This document shows positions 24,404 to 36,941 of a stretch of 40,452 bases of DNA, piece by piece. The stretch covers positions 1-40,452 of the forward strand of contig NIVC01004615.1 in assembly GCA_002269645.1 (NCBI GenBank). The letters are read 5' to 3'. Within the stretch, counting starts at the first letter, position 1; the number at the start of each line of letters is the position of its first letter. Below the pieces are notes generated by a model. It was given only the letters and a program-made list of their open reading frames with translations. It did not search any database and was not told the origin of the DNA. Origin of the DNA: Macrostomum lignano (taxonomy: Eukaryota). The position numbers and the translations under genes are program-made.

Positions 24404-27229
24404 TCACTTGGGTTCAAGTCGCAATTTTGTTTGTTTTCTTCTTGTAAGATTGTGCACTGTAAAGCAGGCGGTGCTGAGGGCTAGCAGGCCCAGCATCACC
24501 AGCAGCTTGTGCCTGGTGCACACGGCCGTGCTGTAGGAAAATCCAACAATGTAGCCGAGGGATTCCCACACTTTGTAGGACGCGAAGGCGGCCACTTGAT
24601 CCTCCGGAAACAGCTCGCCTTGCAGAGCTGCAGCGATAAAATTGTAAAGGCAAACAAGTTTGTTAACATTGATAGATGCTTACTTGATTTCTAGAACTGG
24701 ACTAGCAATCTACGCTTGTAGTGCTCCCGTTCGGGGCGCGCCCAACAAGCAATTTGAGACGAAAATTATTTATGAGAATCTTTTCGAATGAAAGCACATC
24801 TTCTTAAAAGCATTCCTATTTCAGGTTAATAAATCAGCTTATTCGAGTAAAATTGTTCAAAGAATACAATAAAAAATTGAATAAACTACATTTAGCTTCC
24901 GATCTGTCAGCCTTGATATCTCAGCTGACAGATATCTAGTACATCTAGGGACATATCGCTAGAGAGATACTGCATTAGAATCAACTGAATCAACTGCATT
25001 AATCCTGCATTCTGCTGAATTGTAGGTCAAAGCCGACAACAGGCATCTACACCAGAGGTTGGCAAACTTTTTACTTTAAGGGCCAGATAAAGAATCTTTA
25101 TCATTGATCTGAGACGAGATGAAAGGAGAGGAGAGAGGAGAGTACGAGCTAGAGGAGAGAAAAGAGAGAAGAAAGGAGAGAGAAGACAGCTGAGAAGAGA
25201 CACCAACCTTGAGCGGGCCGGATTGCTATTTTCAAAGTTTCAAGTTCCAAAGGGCCCGAGGGCCGGATAGAGAGGCTTCGCGGGCCGGAGTTCGCCGAGC
25301 CCTGACCTACATGTACATGTCGATCGGTCCCTAAGTGCCTTTACTCACCCAGCAGTTGAGAATTCCAAACAGCATCGATCATTCCGCTGACAATAGAGGT
25401 CAAAAACAGCGGCCCAACGGATGACTCATCGATAGTCCAGAACAGCAGGAATAGGTCTAGCGCAATCTGAGCAGTTGTTGCTTCATAGGGATTTGAGGAT
25501 TCAAGTTATCTATTCAGCTTCAGGATAAGAAATTGTTTCAACTAGACAGCCAGGTTCTGCTGCTCTTTTGCTGTCTACAAACCTTCTAGAAGGGTGTGGC
25601 CCAAGGGCAGGCAGACATTGGGACATTATGGCTGACGCTGCAGCCATATTTAATTTTAGCTATAATATTTTCCGAGCAAAGATTCCACGATATTCAGCCC
25701 ACTGCGTGTATTTTTAGCATTGCACTCTCACTATCTGCTCAAACTGTGCATTTCAGACGGTTTAGTGAGGTCACTACAGCAAGTGCAAATTTTGTACGCT
25801 ATTAATGGAGGGTTGAGCCAAACCTTATGTTATACTGCTTGCTTTGGCAAATGAAGTGTGCTGGCGCCCCTTGGTGCTGGCGCCCCTTGGTGCTGGCGCC
25901 CCTTGGTGCTGGCGCCCCTTGGTGCTGGCGCCCCTTGGTGCTGGCGCCCCTTGGTGCTGGCGCCCCTTGGTGCTGGCGCCCCTTGGTGCTGGCGCCCCTT
26001 GGTGCTGGCGCCCCTTGGTTCTGGCGCCCCTTGGTGCTGGCGCCCCTTGGTGCTGGCGCCCCTTGGTGCTGGCGCCCCTTGGTGCTGGCGCCCCTTGGTG
26101 CTGGCGCCCCTTGGTGCTGGCGCCCCTTGGTGCTGGCGCCCCTTGGTGCTGGCGCCCCTTGGTGCTGGCGCCCCTTGGTGCTGGCGCCCCTTGGTGCTGG
26201 CGCCCCTTGGTGCTGGCGCCCCTTGGTGCTGGCGCCCCTTGGTGCTGGCGCCCCTTGGTGCTGGCGCCCTTTGGTGCTGGCGCCCCTTGGTTCTGGCGCC
26301 CCTTGGTGCTGGCGCCCCTTGGTTCTGGCGCCCCTTGGTGCTGGCGCCCCTTGGTGCTGGCGCCCCTTGATGCTGGCGCCCCTTGATGCTGGCGCCCCTT
26401 GGTGCTGGCGCCCCTTCAAAGATGCCGCCCGACGGCGCACCCAATATGGTTGCCCCAAGGCGGCGCCCCTAGATGGCACCCCCGAGTTGGTGTCTATGGT
26501 ACATGGCGCCTCTCACTGTCGCCCCACTTTGGCGCCCCCAGACACGCGCCCCCAGGCTTCGCCCCTAATCCAACTACACCACAATCCTGTACTCATTATA
26601 CACGACAACAGCAGTACAGTCCCCAATGCCTCTCACCGGTGTACACGCAGGCCTGCTTGTTAGTCAGCTCGGCCAGTTTGCCAAACAGCAGAGATGATAA
26701 AATCTGACTGCCGCCGTAGCACATCATCACAAAGCCGACAAACGCTACACCTTGGCTGCAGGCTACGAAGGCCTGCAGATTGTGGTTTACGGCTAATTTG
26801 TTAAACTAACTCACTGTAGACACTGTAGATTTCTCATGCCTTAATGGCGTCTATTTAACTGCATCAAGCGGAGCTCTGAACTATTTCGATGACCCTTTCC
26901 TTAACACCAATTTCAACTAGCTGACGCTGGACTAGTGACGCTTCTAAATTTATGTCATATAGATTTTTCTGTGCCACGTTTTGCAAAATTTTGGGCTCTG
27001 AAGCTATGGCCTGAAGCTGGGCAGCATTCCAGCCGCATCATGTATATTATGTAAAACTGAGCATCTCAACTTGCCTGAGTGAATTCTCCCTGCGCGAATG
27101 ACTGCGAGAGGCCGACGTTGATCAGCTGCGGCGTCATCAGCAGTTGATGAGGCCGGACCAGCTGCCGGGCTGTTCGACTGAGCTTGTCTCGCACAGACGA
27201 GGCGGGCAAGGTTGGCGACGAGGTACCGG

Positions 27230-27275
<46 letters not shown>

Positions 27276-28546
27276 GGCGATGTTGTCCAGAGACGGGACC
27301 AGGAAGGTGACGATTAGAGCAGCCGCTGCCGAGCTGGCGAGGAAACAGCCGACCATGATGTGCAGCTGGTATGGGTTGTGCAATGAATGAGTCAACGGAA
27401 TGCATTGGAAATCTACGCTCGTAGGAATGTAGGGAACTGCAATCACGGACTATTTACCCTTTCTTCAGTCGGCCTGACAATACGAGATCCCGATTCCAAG
27501 TCGCTCGGACAGAAACTGCTGCCGCACCGGAGTTCGGCACTTGAATTTGATCCGCTCGATGCGTTTACTGGTCGATTTTCAGTTCGGAGAGTCAAGTAGC
27601 TGATTAAGTTGCCCCAGACGTAGGCTGAAAATCAGGTTTCTTGAACTGTACCGTCAAGGAACCATCGCCTTCTTTCCAGTCACTGCCCTCTCCCAAGGTC
27701 GCCGCTCTTTCCCAAGATCGTCTCTCTTTCCCAAGATCGTCACCCTCTCCCAAGATCGCCACCCTCTTCCAAGATCGTCTCTCTTTCCCAAGATCGTCAC
27801 CCTCTTCCAAGATCATCGCTCTTTCCCAAGGTCGTTTCTCTTTCCCAAGATCGTCAATCTCTCCCCAATCGTCGCCCTCTTCGAAAATCGTCGCCCTTTC
27901 TCTGTCACTGTCCTCTCTATGATCGTCGCCCTTTCTCCAAGATCTTTACCATCTTCCCAGTCGTCGCACAATCATATTTGAATCTCAGTCCCAAAGCTGA
28001 TGAAACGGTACAGTATTGGATTGAAAGCGTCTCACACGTGTTAGATATCGCATAGAACAGTCCAAACACCAGCGCAGAGGATGCCGCCAAGGATTTGCCA
28101 CCGCCAGCTGCTGCTGAGTACAGGCTTGCTAGCTGCATGTTATACCTGGCCATGCTCGCCCACAGCGGAGCAGAGCACAGGCCAACAATCATGCTAGCCG
28201 GAATCAGTGTGTAGAATGACGGATAAGCGTTGAAGGCGATGTAGCTCATGTAGCCCAGCATAGCAAAGGACAGGCAGTGCTTTGGGCCGATTGTCTCAAC
28301 CAGCGGATTGGCCAGGACCAAGGATGAGAACAGGACGGACGCGTACACCACGGCTAAGCTGGCCGTGCCGAGGCCTTGCTGGGCGTTGATGGAGCTCTGC
28401 ATGAACTTGATGCCATAGTAACTGGATAGCAACAGGACGAAACTTATGGCCACGCAAATAACTCGACAGAAAACCCAAGATTTAGATGGACTGTTGACGA
28501 TCGCCTTCTGATGGCCTTCGGGTGAGAAAGCCTCCGCTTTATTCAT
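24404..28546 (-). CDS. UNC93A: UNC-93-like MFS membrane protein (UNC93A-like), 6 coding exons, 486 aa
   Basis: Exons 28036-28546, 27458-27624, 27075-27365, 26637-26772, 25349-25480 and 24404-24627 sum to 1,461 nt with consistent phases. Motifs: QSSIN..GLGTASL, YVWGNLIS, CGSSFC, GEFTQAFVAC, DAVWNSQ, AAFASYKVWESLG. AATAAA lies at 24339-24344 on the minus strand. Confidence 0.93.
25053..25304. mobile_element. hAT/Charlie-like MITE in the last UNC-93 intron
   Basis: Ends are CAGAGGTTGGCAAACTTTT...AAGGGCCAGAT and GCGGGCCGGAGTTCGCCGAGCCCTG. Degenerate 8-bp TSD ATCTACAC/ACCTACAT. GA-rich interior. Confidence 0.7.
25858..26416. repeat. 16-bp GC-rich minisatellite (GGTGCTGGCGCCCCTT), about 35 copies, intronic
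   Basis: Continuous 16-bp period over 559 bp with rare G>T and G>A variants. Confidence 0.97.
27231..27272 (-). repeat. Pure (CAG)14 encoding polyQ in UNC-93 exon 3
   Basis: 14 CTG units on the plus strand, in frame with the exon. Confidence 0.95.
27682..27950. repeat. 19-bp pyrimidine-rich minisatellite (CCCAAGATCGTCxCxCTyT), about 10 good copies plus a degenerate tail, intronic
   Basis: CCCAAGATCG recurs every 19 bp across ~27691-27870. Confidence 0.85.
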
Positions 28547-29572
28547 AACAAGTTGGACGCCGCACGATCTGTGTAAGAAAGAAGCAGAATTAGAAATATT
28601 CCGCCAACAAGCTAGTTGAAAATGCGGCTTGAAACATCGGGCAAGGTCAATGCAGGAGTGTCTTTAAGTATTTAGGCGTTACTTAATGCCTGTGAAGCAT
28701 CAAGCTTAGCAGATAAGCGCCGAAATGCGAGGTCGCCATGTAAATTGCTTTCTATTTTTAAGAGCCACTTGCTGAATATCTATAGAAAAACGGCTCAGCT
28801 AAAAATACCGATCCAGACTGTACCAGTCAGAACCTGTCCACTTTTATCAGGAAAATTCTGGTGGCTCACCACATACAGCGGTACTTATGTGGTTTAATCA
28901 TGTATGGCAGGCCTAAACACTTGAAGCTCTTTTTCTTTTTGTCGATTGCCGAATCGATAAAAACAGAGATCGGCTTTCGATGCTTAGAAGTTTTATTTAG
29001 TCAATAAAGTAGCCTTTGTAAAACTTACACAGACTACGTCAAAAAATACAGCAAAAGTATTGTAATCAAGATTGGTGCGAGCAACTATTGAGAGACTTTC
29101 GTGCAAAAATAGCTCATACTTCGAAGTAGAAAATAGAGGCATGTTCGAGCCAGCACTGACGTACTACTATATGCAAGTAGTAGTCAAGCTTGCGAAAAGA
29201 TCATCTACTCGTAGCTGAATTATCCGTATTCTGCAGAATACACTCGCACGAGCGTATCAACAGGGTTTAAGGTAAAGATTATAGCTCTGCATGGCAACGA
29301 ATCGCAAGCTGGATACTACCGGGGACTTCTAAAAAGTTAACAAAATATGTTCTATAGTAATTAATTTGTGCAAAAACGTAATCTATTTATAAGCAGATAT
29401 AAGCACGATATGAATATTTCATGGTTGCAGTAAGATATTAAAGTCTAGAGCATTCAAAGTTTTCCACCTTTTGTCAATTGCCTATACGGAGGCGACTGTA
29501 AATATTCGAATATGTTGCGCAGAAGTGAGCCCATGCATATCTAATATGACAGGATTAATACCGTTCGACAGC

Positions 29573-31406
29573 TTAAGTCGCAGCCTCGTTTCTACTCGAA
29601 GATCGATTTTTTCGATTCACCCAGTGAACGGTCAGCAGGGTGAGAAATTCGAGAAATTCGCACACCGATATCACGCTCACGCCAACGTAGAGTCCTGTCA
29701 GTGTGAGATTTGAGGGAGTTATGATTGAAAATTTCAATACGCGTCGGTTACGCGTAGCGTCTAGTCTGCCACTCACCAAGAATGCCGCCCATATTGGAGA
29801 ACAGACCAGCCAGTGGGTAGCTTTCCTTTTCCTGGTACTGCGTGCCCCGCAGACTATTTGACGATATCACCACCCGGTTGAAGTAGCCGATCATCTTCCA
29901 GTAGTCCTTCGAGGTGATGGTAGCGCCAGCCTCGAAGCATTTGAACAGCGGCACCGGCAGGCCCTTCTCCAGGCTGTAGTTGTAGGCCGACTGGAACAGA
30001 TTGAGAATTCGCTCGGCAAAGTATTGATCGATCTGAAACGGCCACAGAGACTCGGACGAGTAGGCCTGGTAGGTGTACGCTACGCAGCTCGGTGGACAGG
30101 TCTCCGCCGAAGCAACAAAATCCCCAAGAGCCTTCAAGTGGCACTCATGCTGGGCCCGAAAACCAGTTTGCGCCAGGATCAATTCCATGGGCACCACTGA
30201 TGAATCGAACTTTTCAACTAAAAGCGTCTGAGACCCGTTAGAGGAACTGTTGGCCAGAAAAATCTTCTTAGCCTTGAGGATCGTTGGGTCCAAGTCGAGG
30301 CAATATTTCAGGCTGCCAGACAGCGACTTGAACTCGGCCGGGACCAGTTTAAAGTTGCTCACGCAGCCGCACTTTCGCATTACATATTTTTGTAATTCGA
30401 GCTCTCTGCAGTCAGACTGGGTATAGCGATAGCTGGATAGCGTGCCATCCGGATTCAACACCTGAATGGGCAGGTCGTTAGAGCTTTCGTAACAATCCTG
30501 CTTTGGCGTCTTTCGCTTTTCCTGCCTGGTCATGGAAACCTTTGTATGCTTGATGGTGCCAGGTGGCACGATGAATGAGTTGATCAAGTTTGGCCGGGCG
30601 TTCGGCTCGCTAAGCGTGACTCGCACGCCGGCAACCCAGGCTCGGTCTATCAGCGGAGTGGTCTTATTTCCAATGTACTGATCGAATATGCTGAGTATGA
30701 GACCCATGGCATCGTTGACAGAATTGATGGCTCGGTCCTTAGGTCGCACAGTGGCGCAGCGGAACAGCTCGGGGTCGTCGTAGGCCACGACATTGTCGAG
30801 ATTTAAAGCTTTTTGCTTGTACTCGATTCCCGTGGCGATATCGGTGCGCCGATTCGTTATGTTGATCTCGTACGTGTAGCCTCGCATACCGACAGTGCTG
30901 TATTTGATCAATAGGTCATCCTTCAATCCGTAAGCCTGCTTCCAAAACGTAAAGGTATTGTTTAGTGCCGACCAGAAGTGGTAATTTCCAAGACTTGGCA
31001 CAGTGCTATTAGTCACCAGACCGATTCTTGGATCGCGGACGTCAATGTTGAGGCAGTGCCTGTACTTTGTTGTAAGGCAGACCGTCACGTCAGGGAATTC
31101 GAACTCAACCTCCGAATACCGGATCTCTGTCGTCAGCGGATAGGACAAGTACTTTTCCACCAAAGTGCTCAGATGGAGGCCAAATCCTCCAAACGCGATC
31201 ACAATAAGCAGAGCCCAGACAATGCGGAGGTAAATCGAGTTTTGAACAATATGCAGGAAACCATGAGCCGTTGTAGTCACGAAGAACTCGGATACTATAC
31301 CAGCGCTGCCGTTTCCGTCTTCTTGCGAAGGTATTTTGTCGGAGTCCTGGGGTTCATCGCATGTAATGCCACTTTGAGCAGCATTTTCCTTTTTAATCTC
31401 GTCCAT
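29573..31406 (-). CDS. DEG/ENaC-family sodium channel subunit 1, 2 coding exons, about 583 aa
   Basis: Exons 29777-31406 and 29573-29694, separated by an 82-nt GT-AG intron. Motifs: TTAHGF, TM1, FPDVTVC, Cys-rich thumb (CGC, CPPSC) and TM2 LFSNMGGILG|LYVGVS. The upstream ATG at 31439 probably lies in a 5' UTR intron (donor 31555, acceptor ~31414). Confidence 0.92.
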
Positions 31407-32743
31407 CTCTAGCCTATTCGAGCAAATAGAAACAGACATCGACAGTTTAATTATAAGATTATACGATGAAATTGTGTAAGCTATAATTATAATGTATTTT
31501 CTGGCTACTAATAAAACTATTGCTACGGTTATTTCAGAGAGAGATGAAGTCTTACCTCATTAAGACCAAAATGCTCGTATTAAGACAATTGAGTAGTGGA
31601 AATGGACAATTTAAATCACGACAGTCCTTTGGGACCAATTCTTTTCCTGCGGGTTTTAAAGCTCTCTCTGTGTTCTTTCTGGCACAAAAGCACCGACAAG
31701 GCAGTAAAAACGATGGGCGGCAATCTACCGTGCCGGTGATTTTGCTGGTTGCCGTTGACAACCGGAGTCTCTAACCGTGACGGTCACTTTAAAAGTTTCG
31801 CTTACCAAAGGGACGGCCTGCTGAGTGTGGGGGAGGGGGCAGTTATTCATGGGTGGTCCAATCCGTGAGTTTAGGAAGAGAGACTTAATCAAGTTGATGA
31901 GGCTTCAGGAGAGGTAGAAATTCTGAAGAAAATTTCGCCTGGAATATTAGACTTTGTGATTCGTAGCACTGCCGTCGCCTTGGTAACTGCGAGGAAGGGC
32001 ATTACAAGCTCTGAATTATTAATAGAAAGCTGAAATAACCTCTCCTTCTCTAACGAAGGCTCACTACAAGGCTCTCGGGTGTTAGTTTTTCTTAGCTAGC
32101 GGCTGTTGCATTGACCCTGAGGAAGATGGAAAACGGAAGGCCACACAGACCAGCGCTATCGATCCACGCGTGAGTGAGAAGGGGGAAATCTAATTTTCTT
32201 CTCAAAAAGTCAGGCGCTGTGGTGCTCAGGTTTGCGGGAAGGAGCAAAAATTTTCTCCTTCAACAAACGACCAATACTTATTTTCCGGCTGTTGCCAACT
32301 CCGCTGCAGTTCGCGGCCAATCGAAATGCAAGAAAACTTGCTGCCAATCTTCCAGCGCAGCTCCCTATTCGGCAATCAGCCACTCACCCACGCATTGCTT
32401 TTTTAGTAACGGGGACGAGACTGAGGTGCGGGCAAAGTTAATTTCCTCGGTTCTTCATCAGAAAGCTTTAAAAAAGAGGCCGACAAAAGAGGAAAAACAT
32501 GCAGACCCACCCGTGAGAAATTGACTAAAGAAGATTGGGCAAACTTAAATTTCACGCCTGGACCTTGATAGTTGTATTGGAGACGGCAATCAAACCCAGT
32601 GGAGACTAGCGTCATCGGTGGTAAGTCTCGCTCCTTTAACTAATTTAAAGCTTAACCACCTGCCTCTCAGTTAGCATGCATACCCGACAGTTCTTACTTG
32701 TTTCAATCTCCAGTGAGCCAAAACAGTAATTCATGTTTGAAGA

Positions 32744-34761
32744 ATGTCGAGCTCTCAAGAGAATCTTCCCAAAGCGGAGGAGTCGGTAGATAACCCAGTT
32801 ATAGGAGGCCAACAACCGGAGCCTCTTCTCAACAATTTTCTACAGCACACGACGGCACATGGTTTCTATAAGCTGCGAGTAGAGAACAAAGCAGTGCGTC
32901 GTCTCTGGATGCTCATTATCTGCTGCGCCCTGATTGCGTTCGGGGTGCACATCATACTCCTGGCCATAAACTATTTGCAGTACATTGTCACCGTGGAGAC
33001 GAAGTACAACAGCGAGCCGTTTGTGCTGCCCGACGTGACATTCTGCCCAAATCAACCTTATCACGAGTCCGTATGGTGCCGTCGCGATCTGGCCTGTACG
33101 CAGGACTCCAACGCTACCATACCATCACTAGGCGGTGATCTCAGCGTCCAGACAGCCTTCCGCAACACGTACAATTTCTGGACAGCCGCTGGTGAGGGCT
33201 TCATCGCCCCAGAGATTGCTCGCTACTCGCTTCGTAAGTACACGGTCGAGGCCAACATGACACGGAATCCGGTGACAACCGTCCTCTATTGCAACTTTCG
33301 GGGCGAAACTTGCGGACCCTGGAACATGACGATTTTCTTCGATCCTCTGAGTGAAGCTTGCGTTACCGTTTCTATGACAGACAGGCGGGTATTCCAGGCT
33401 GGTGAGCAGAGCGCCCTGGATCTAATGCTGTTCTCCTTCATATTTGTACAGAATCCGAGCGTTCCTTACTACAAAGCAATTACCAATATGGAGAGGTTTG
33501 ACTTCAACTTTGGCTACTCCATGTACGTTCATCCGCCGAACACGGTTCCGGACCACTCGCAGGATGTGCAGGTATCGGAGACGCGCAACTACGTTATTAG
33601 CGCCGGAATCGAACGGTCCAAGTCGATCAACTCGCCTGTAAAAAAGTGCGCTGAGAATCCGAGCCCTTTGACCCTGCTGCAATTTGATAAACTGAGATCG
33701 TTTGCTTACACTAAAGATGCCTGCGAAAGTGTCAAGGCCCAGGAGATCATAGTCGGCAGGTGTTCCTGCCTGTCTGAGAAGTACCTCGTGCCGTCGTCTC
33801 TGGCCAGCACCAAGCCCTACTGTCACGAAATCGATCCCAGTCTCATCCAGTATCCATACACGACTGTCGCCAATAAAACTGTTCAGTACATCGATCGGTA
33901 CGTTGCGTCGACGAATTTCACGCTCTGCTGGAACGCCACAGTAAATCTGACACTTCCCTGCAACTACTCCTACTGGAGCAAATGGAACACTACCTACCTG
34001 GATTCGATGGCATTGGCCCAAGCTACTGGCATCTTGACCAGACGCCAGTGTCACAAGGACGCCGAGGCATTTCTAGCTGCGAACCAAGGCTATAAGGAAA
34101 GCTGTCTGAAACCATGCGAGACTGTAGCCTACCCCTTCAGCAGCCTCTCCACCAAGCTTATCTCCGAATTCAGCGACAAAAACTTCCAAGCCAAACTGGA
34201 CGAAGTGGCCAAGACTAGCAATTTATATAAGGAATGGGCCATAAACAACAGCGTCTATTATGGCGACTTGGAGCGAGTCGGCAAGAACCTCTTCAAGCTC
34301 GGCCTGAGCACGCGCCTGCTGTTTACGCGAGTTGTACTACTGGCTAACGGGAACGAAGGCGTCAGCACTGTGGAGAAATACTCTTACCCACCCGAGCAGT
34401 TCTGGTCCGATGTTGGCGGAGTTCTGGGTGAGTATAGTTTGTTTTATAATGACATCCTTGCATGACTATCTTCATGCAGTAAGTTGATTATTTGACACAA
34501 CACAACGCAACGATATTTCAAAAAACCACAGGACTCTGGGCTGGCTTGAGCATCATCTCCTGCACAGAGTTCATCCAGCTGCTCTTCCTGATGGCCTCAA
34601 AGTTCCGGCGCAATCGATCTCGCGTCAGCGACTCCGCCAGGCGCGATGGCGGCGCCCCGGTTGTCAAGGACGCCTGGGCGCACAAAGCCTCGACTGCTCA
34701 GACACGAGCGAAGAGCATGTTTGAAGATTTCGACAATGAGATTCAGCCCTCTAGCCTTTGA
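32744..34761 (+). CDS. DEG/ENaC-family sodium channel subunit 2 (FaNaC-like TM2), 2 coding exons, 637 aa
   Basis: Exons 32744-34427 and 34532-34761, separated by a 104-nt GT-AG intron. Motifs: TTAHGF, LPDVTFC, CNFRGETC, CSC, CLKPC and TM2 FWSDVGGVLG|LWAGLS. A probable 5' UTR intron spans 32621-32713. Confidence 0.93.
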
Positions 34762-35727
34762 GCAGCATGTGGGGGGAGTCCATTGAGTGAAGAAGGAAAG
34801 AACTAAAAAAAAACACTTTTTAAACTAACCAACAGCACACGTATAACATTACCGATCTATATATAATATCTTTAAACTATACCTTGTTATTTTTATATTT
34901 AAACACGCGGTCCCATCTAGCTAGCTGTTGTCACTGGAGTCCTATTTTAATGTTTCTTCCGGTTATTCCGAACCGCTTCATTAATAAAATCTTTTACTGC
35001 CTTGTAATTACTACTTTGAGTAGCTTGAGCGAAAGACAAAATTGCTTAAACCAATGCTCGTTATCTACATCGGATTGTAATTCTGACACACCTTTTTCAA
35101 CTGCGCCCTATCACACCATTTGTCTTAATGCTATTATAGTGTCTCATATTTTCTTTGTTATACGGGCGTTTGTCTTAATCTCAAACCTTTTTAGATTTTC
35201 TTAAGCTTATGATCTACGATTGAAAAAGTTTATTATTCAGAAAAACCTATTAAACGGAATAGCAAAACATTTGCTACGATTCCGAAATATTCAATCAATT
35301 TCGTAGGGAATAAAGCAATGCAGTCACGTGTTAAACAATATCGAACAAGATAATATTTTGCAGCCATTGGTTTTTAAATCACGAACCATTTCGGCTAAAA
35401 TTGCTAAATGAATTATGCACCTGCCTCTTATGGCAAACATTTTTTTTAAATTCCTTCCATTGAGCCTCAGGGAGCTTAAAGAAGTTGAGAGCTAAAAGGT
35501 GTGGCAAGCTTCTTTTTCTTTCTAGAAAATCCAATAGCCGTTTCCATGGTAACGGAGAACTCAGCTAGAGCAAAGTGAGTTTGGCGAGGCTCCAAGCGAA
35601 GCAATGAATTTTCTCTGCAGAACAATGGAGAGCAGGTGTGATGTACTTTAATGCTTTCCGCTGGAACTTGCTATACAGAGTTATGGTTCTCTACTCGCTT
35701 AGACGGAGCTCATCCTGAAGTGATTTA

Positions 35728-36148
35728 TGGATTGGTAATCTAGCCCACAAGGATGCAGGAATAAAATGGATTGCCAATCTAGCCCACAAGGATGTAGGAA
35801 TAGAATGGATTGCCAATCTAGCCCACAGGGATTCAGGAATAGAATGGATTGCTAATCTAGCCCATCAAGGATTCAGGAATAGAATGGATTGCTAATCTAG
35901 CCCACAAGGATGCAGGAATAGAATGGATTGCCAATCTAGCCCACAAGGATGCAGGAATAGAATGGATTGCCAATCTAGCCCACAAGGATGCAGGAATAGA
36001 ATGGATTGCCAATCTAGCCCACAAGGATGCAGGAATAGAATGGATTGCCAATCTAGCCCACAAGGATGCAGGAATAGAATGGATTGCTAATCTAGCCCAC
36101 AAGGATGCAGGAATAAAATGGATTGCCAATCTACCGTAGCCCATCAAG
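35728..36148. repeat. 39-bp minisatellite, 10 full copies
   Basis: Unit AATCTAGCCCACAAGGATGCAGGAATAGAATGGATTGCC runs from 35737 to 36127, with one 40-bp variant. Confidence 0.96.
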
Positions 36149-36941
36149 GCGCCTAATTTCAATTTTGGATTTTGGGGTTTCTATTCTGGCCTTTGCTTCA
36201 CCGAAAGAAATGGAATTATTGCAGTAAAATAAAATTCTATGACACTGAAGCGTGGAATTCCACAGCAGGGGAGACTGAGCTTCAATTGCAGAAAGAAGTT
36301 AAAAAGCAAACAAGAAGCGACCGTCCCCTCCGTGGCAACTGAGTCCGCAGGATGATGCAGCTTGCGTTGCAGTGGAGTCCACGCACCCCACTGTAGTGGC
36401 TCTGAGTGCATGCCGGTTTGCTGAGAGACTTCCCGCCATCACCCAGCAGCCATCAGCCATTGTCAAGCTTTTGCTTGCTTGGCTAAAAAGCATTGGGGTG
36501 GCGGTGGTTGGCCATTGCCGTATTTGCCTGGCATGGAATGCATGCAGGCTGCGTACGGACCGACCGCGGTCAATGAGCTGCGCCTCTCTCTCTCAGCTCA
36601 CAGTCTGTTGGAAGAGTCAGCAAGGTGAACTGGGACACGGGGGAGATGGTTGAGCAGAGAGGATGTTGCAGATAAAGTCTGCTGCTTGGCCCCGCGAGTC
36701 GCACTAGAAGGTTGAGAGCATCAGAGATCTTCCATTGTTCGCTATTGTTTGCAAATCAAAGTCAAAGCAGATAAAAGAAGACAGGAAATAAAGGAAGTTT
36801 TTGGAACTTTTGGTGAGTGAAGCGATGGGCTGCTCTTTGAGGGTGGAACTTTTTACTATTAATATCGTACTTCTATATCTACTGTTTATGTACTAATAAA
36901 ACTCAAAGCGATTCGAGACATTCCAGTTGAGGAATTACCTG

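Noticed and set aside
25802-26663. 170-278 aa collagen-like or repetitive ORFs on both strands
   Set aside because: They are translations of the 16-bp intronic minisatellite.
29748-29776. ORF-track C-termini of the channels (EWQTRRYA; also EYSLFYNDILA at 34428-34465)
   Set aside because: They are read-through into introns; the true TM2 ends are in the second exons.
35857-36162. ORF with LWARLAIHSIPAS repeats
   Set aside because: It is the translation of the 39-bp minisatellite and a 40-bp unit breaks the frame.
36290-36720. GC-rich stretch with short ORFs on both strands
   Set aside because: No consistent exon boundaries or homology could be supported.
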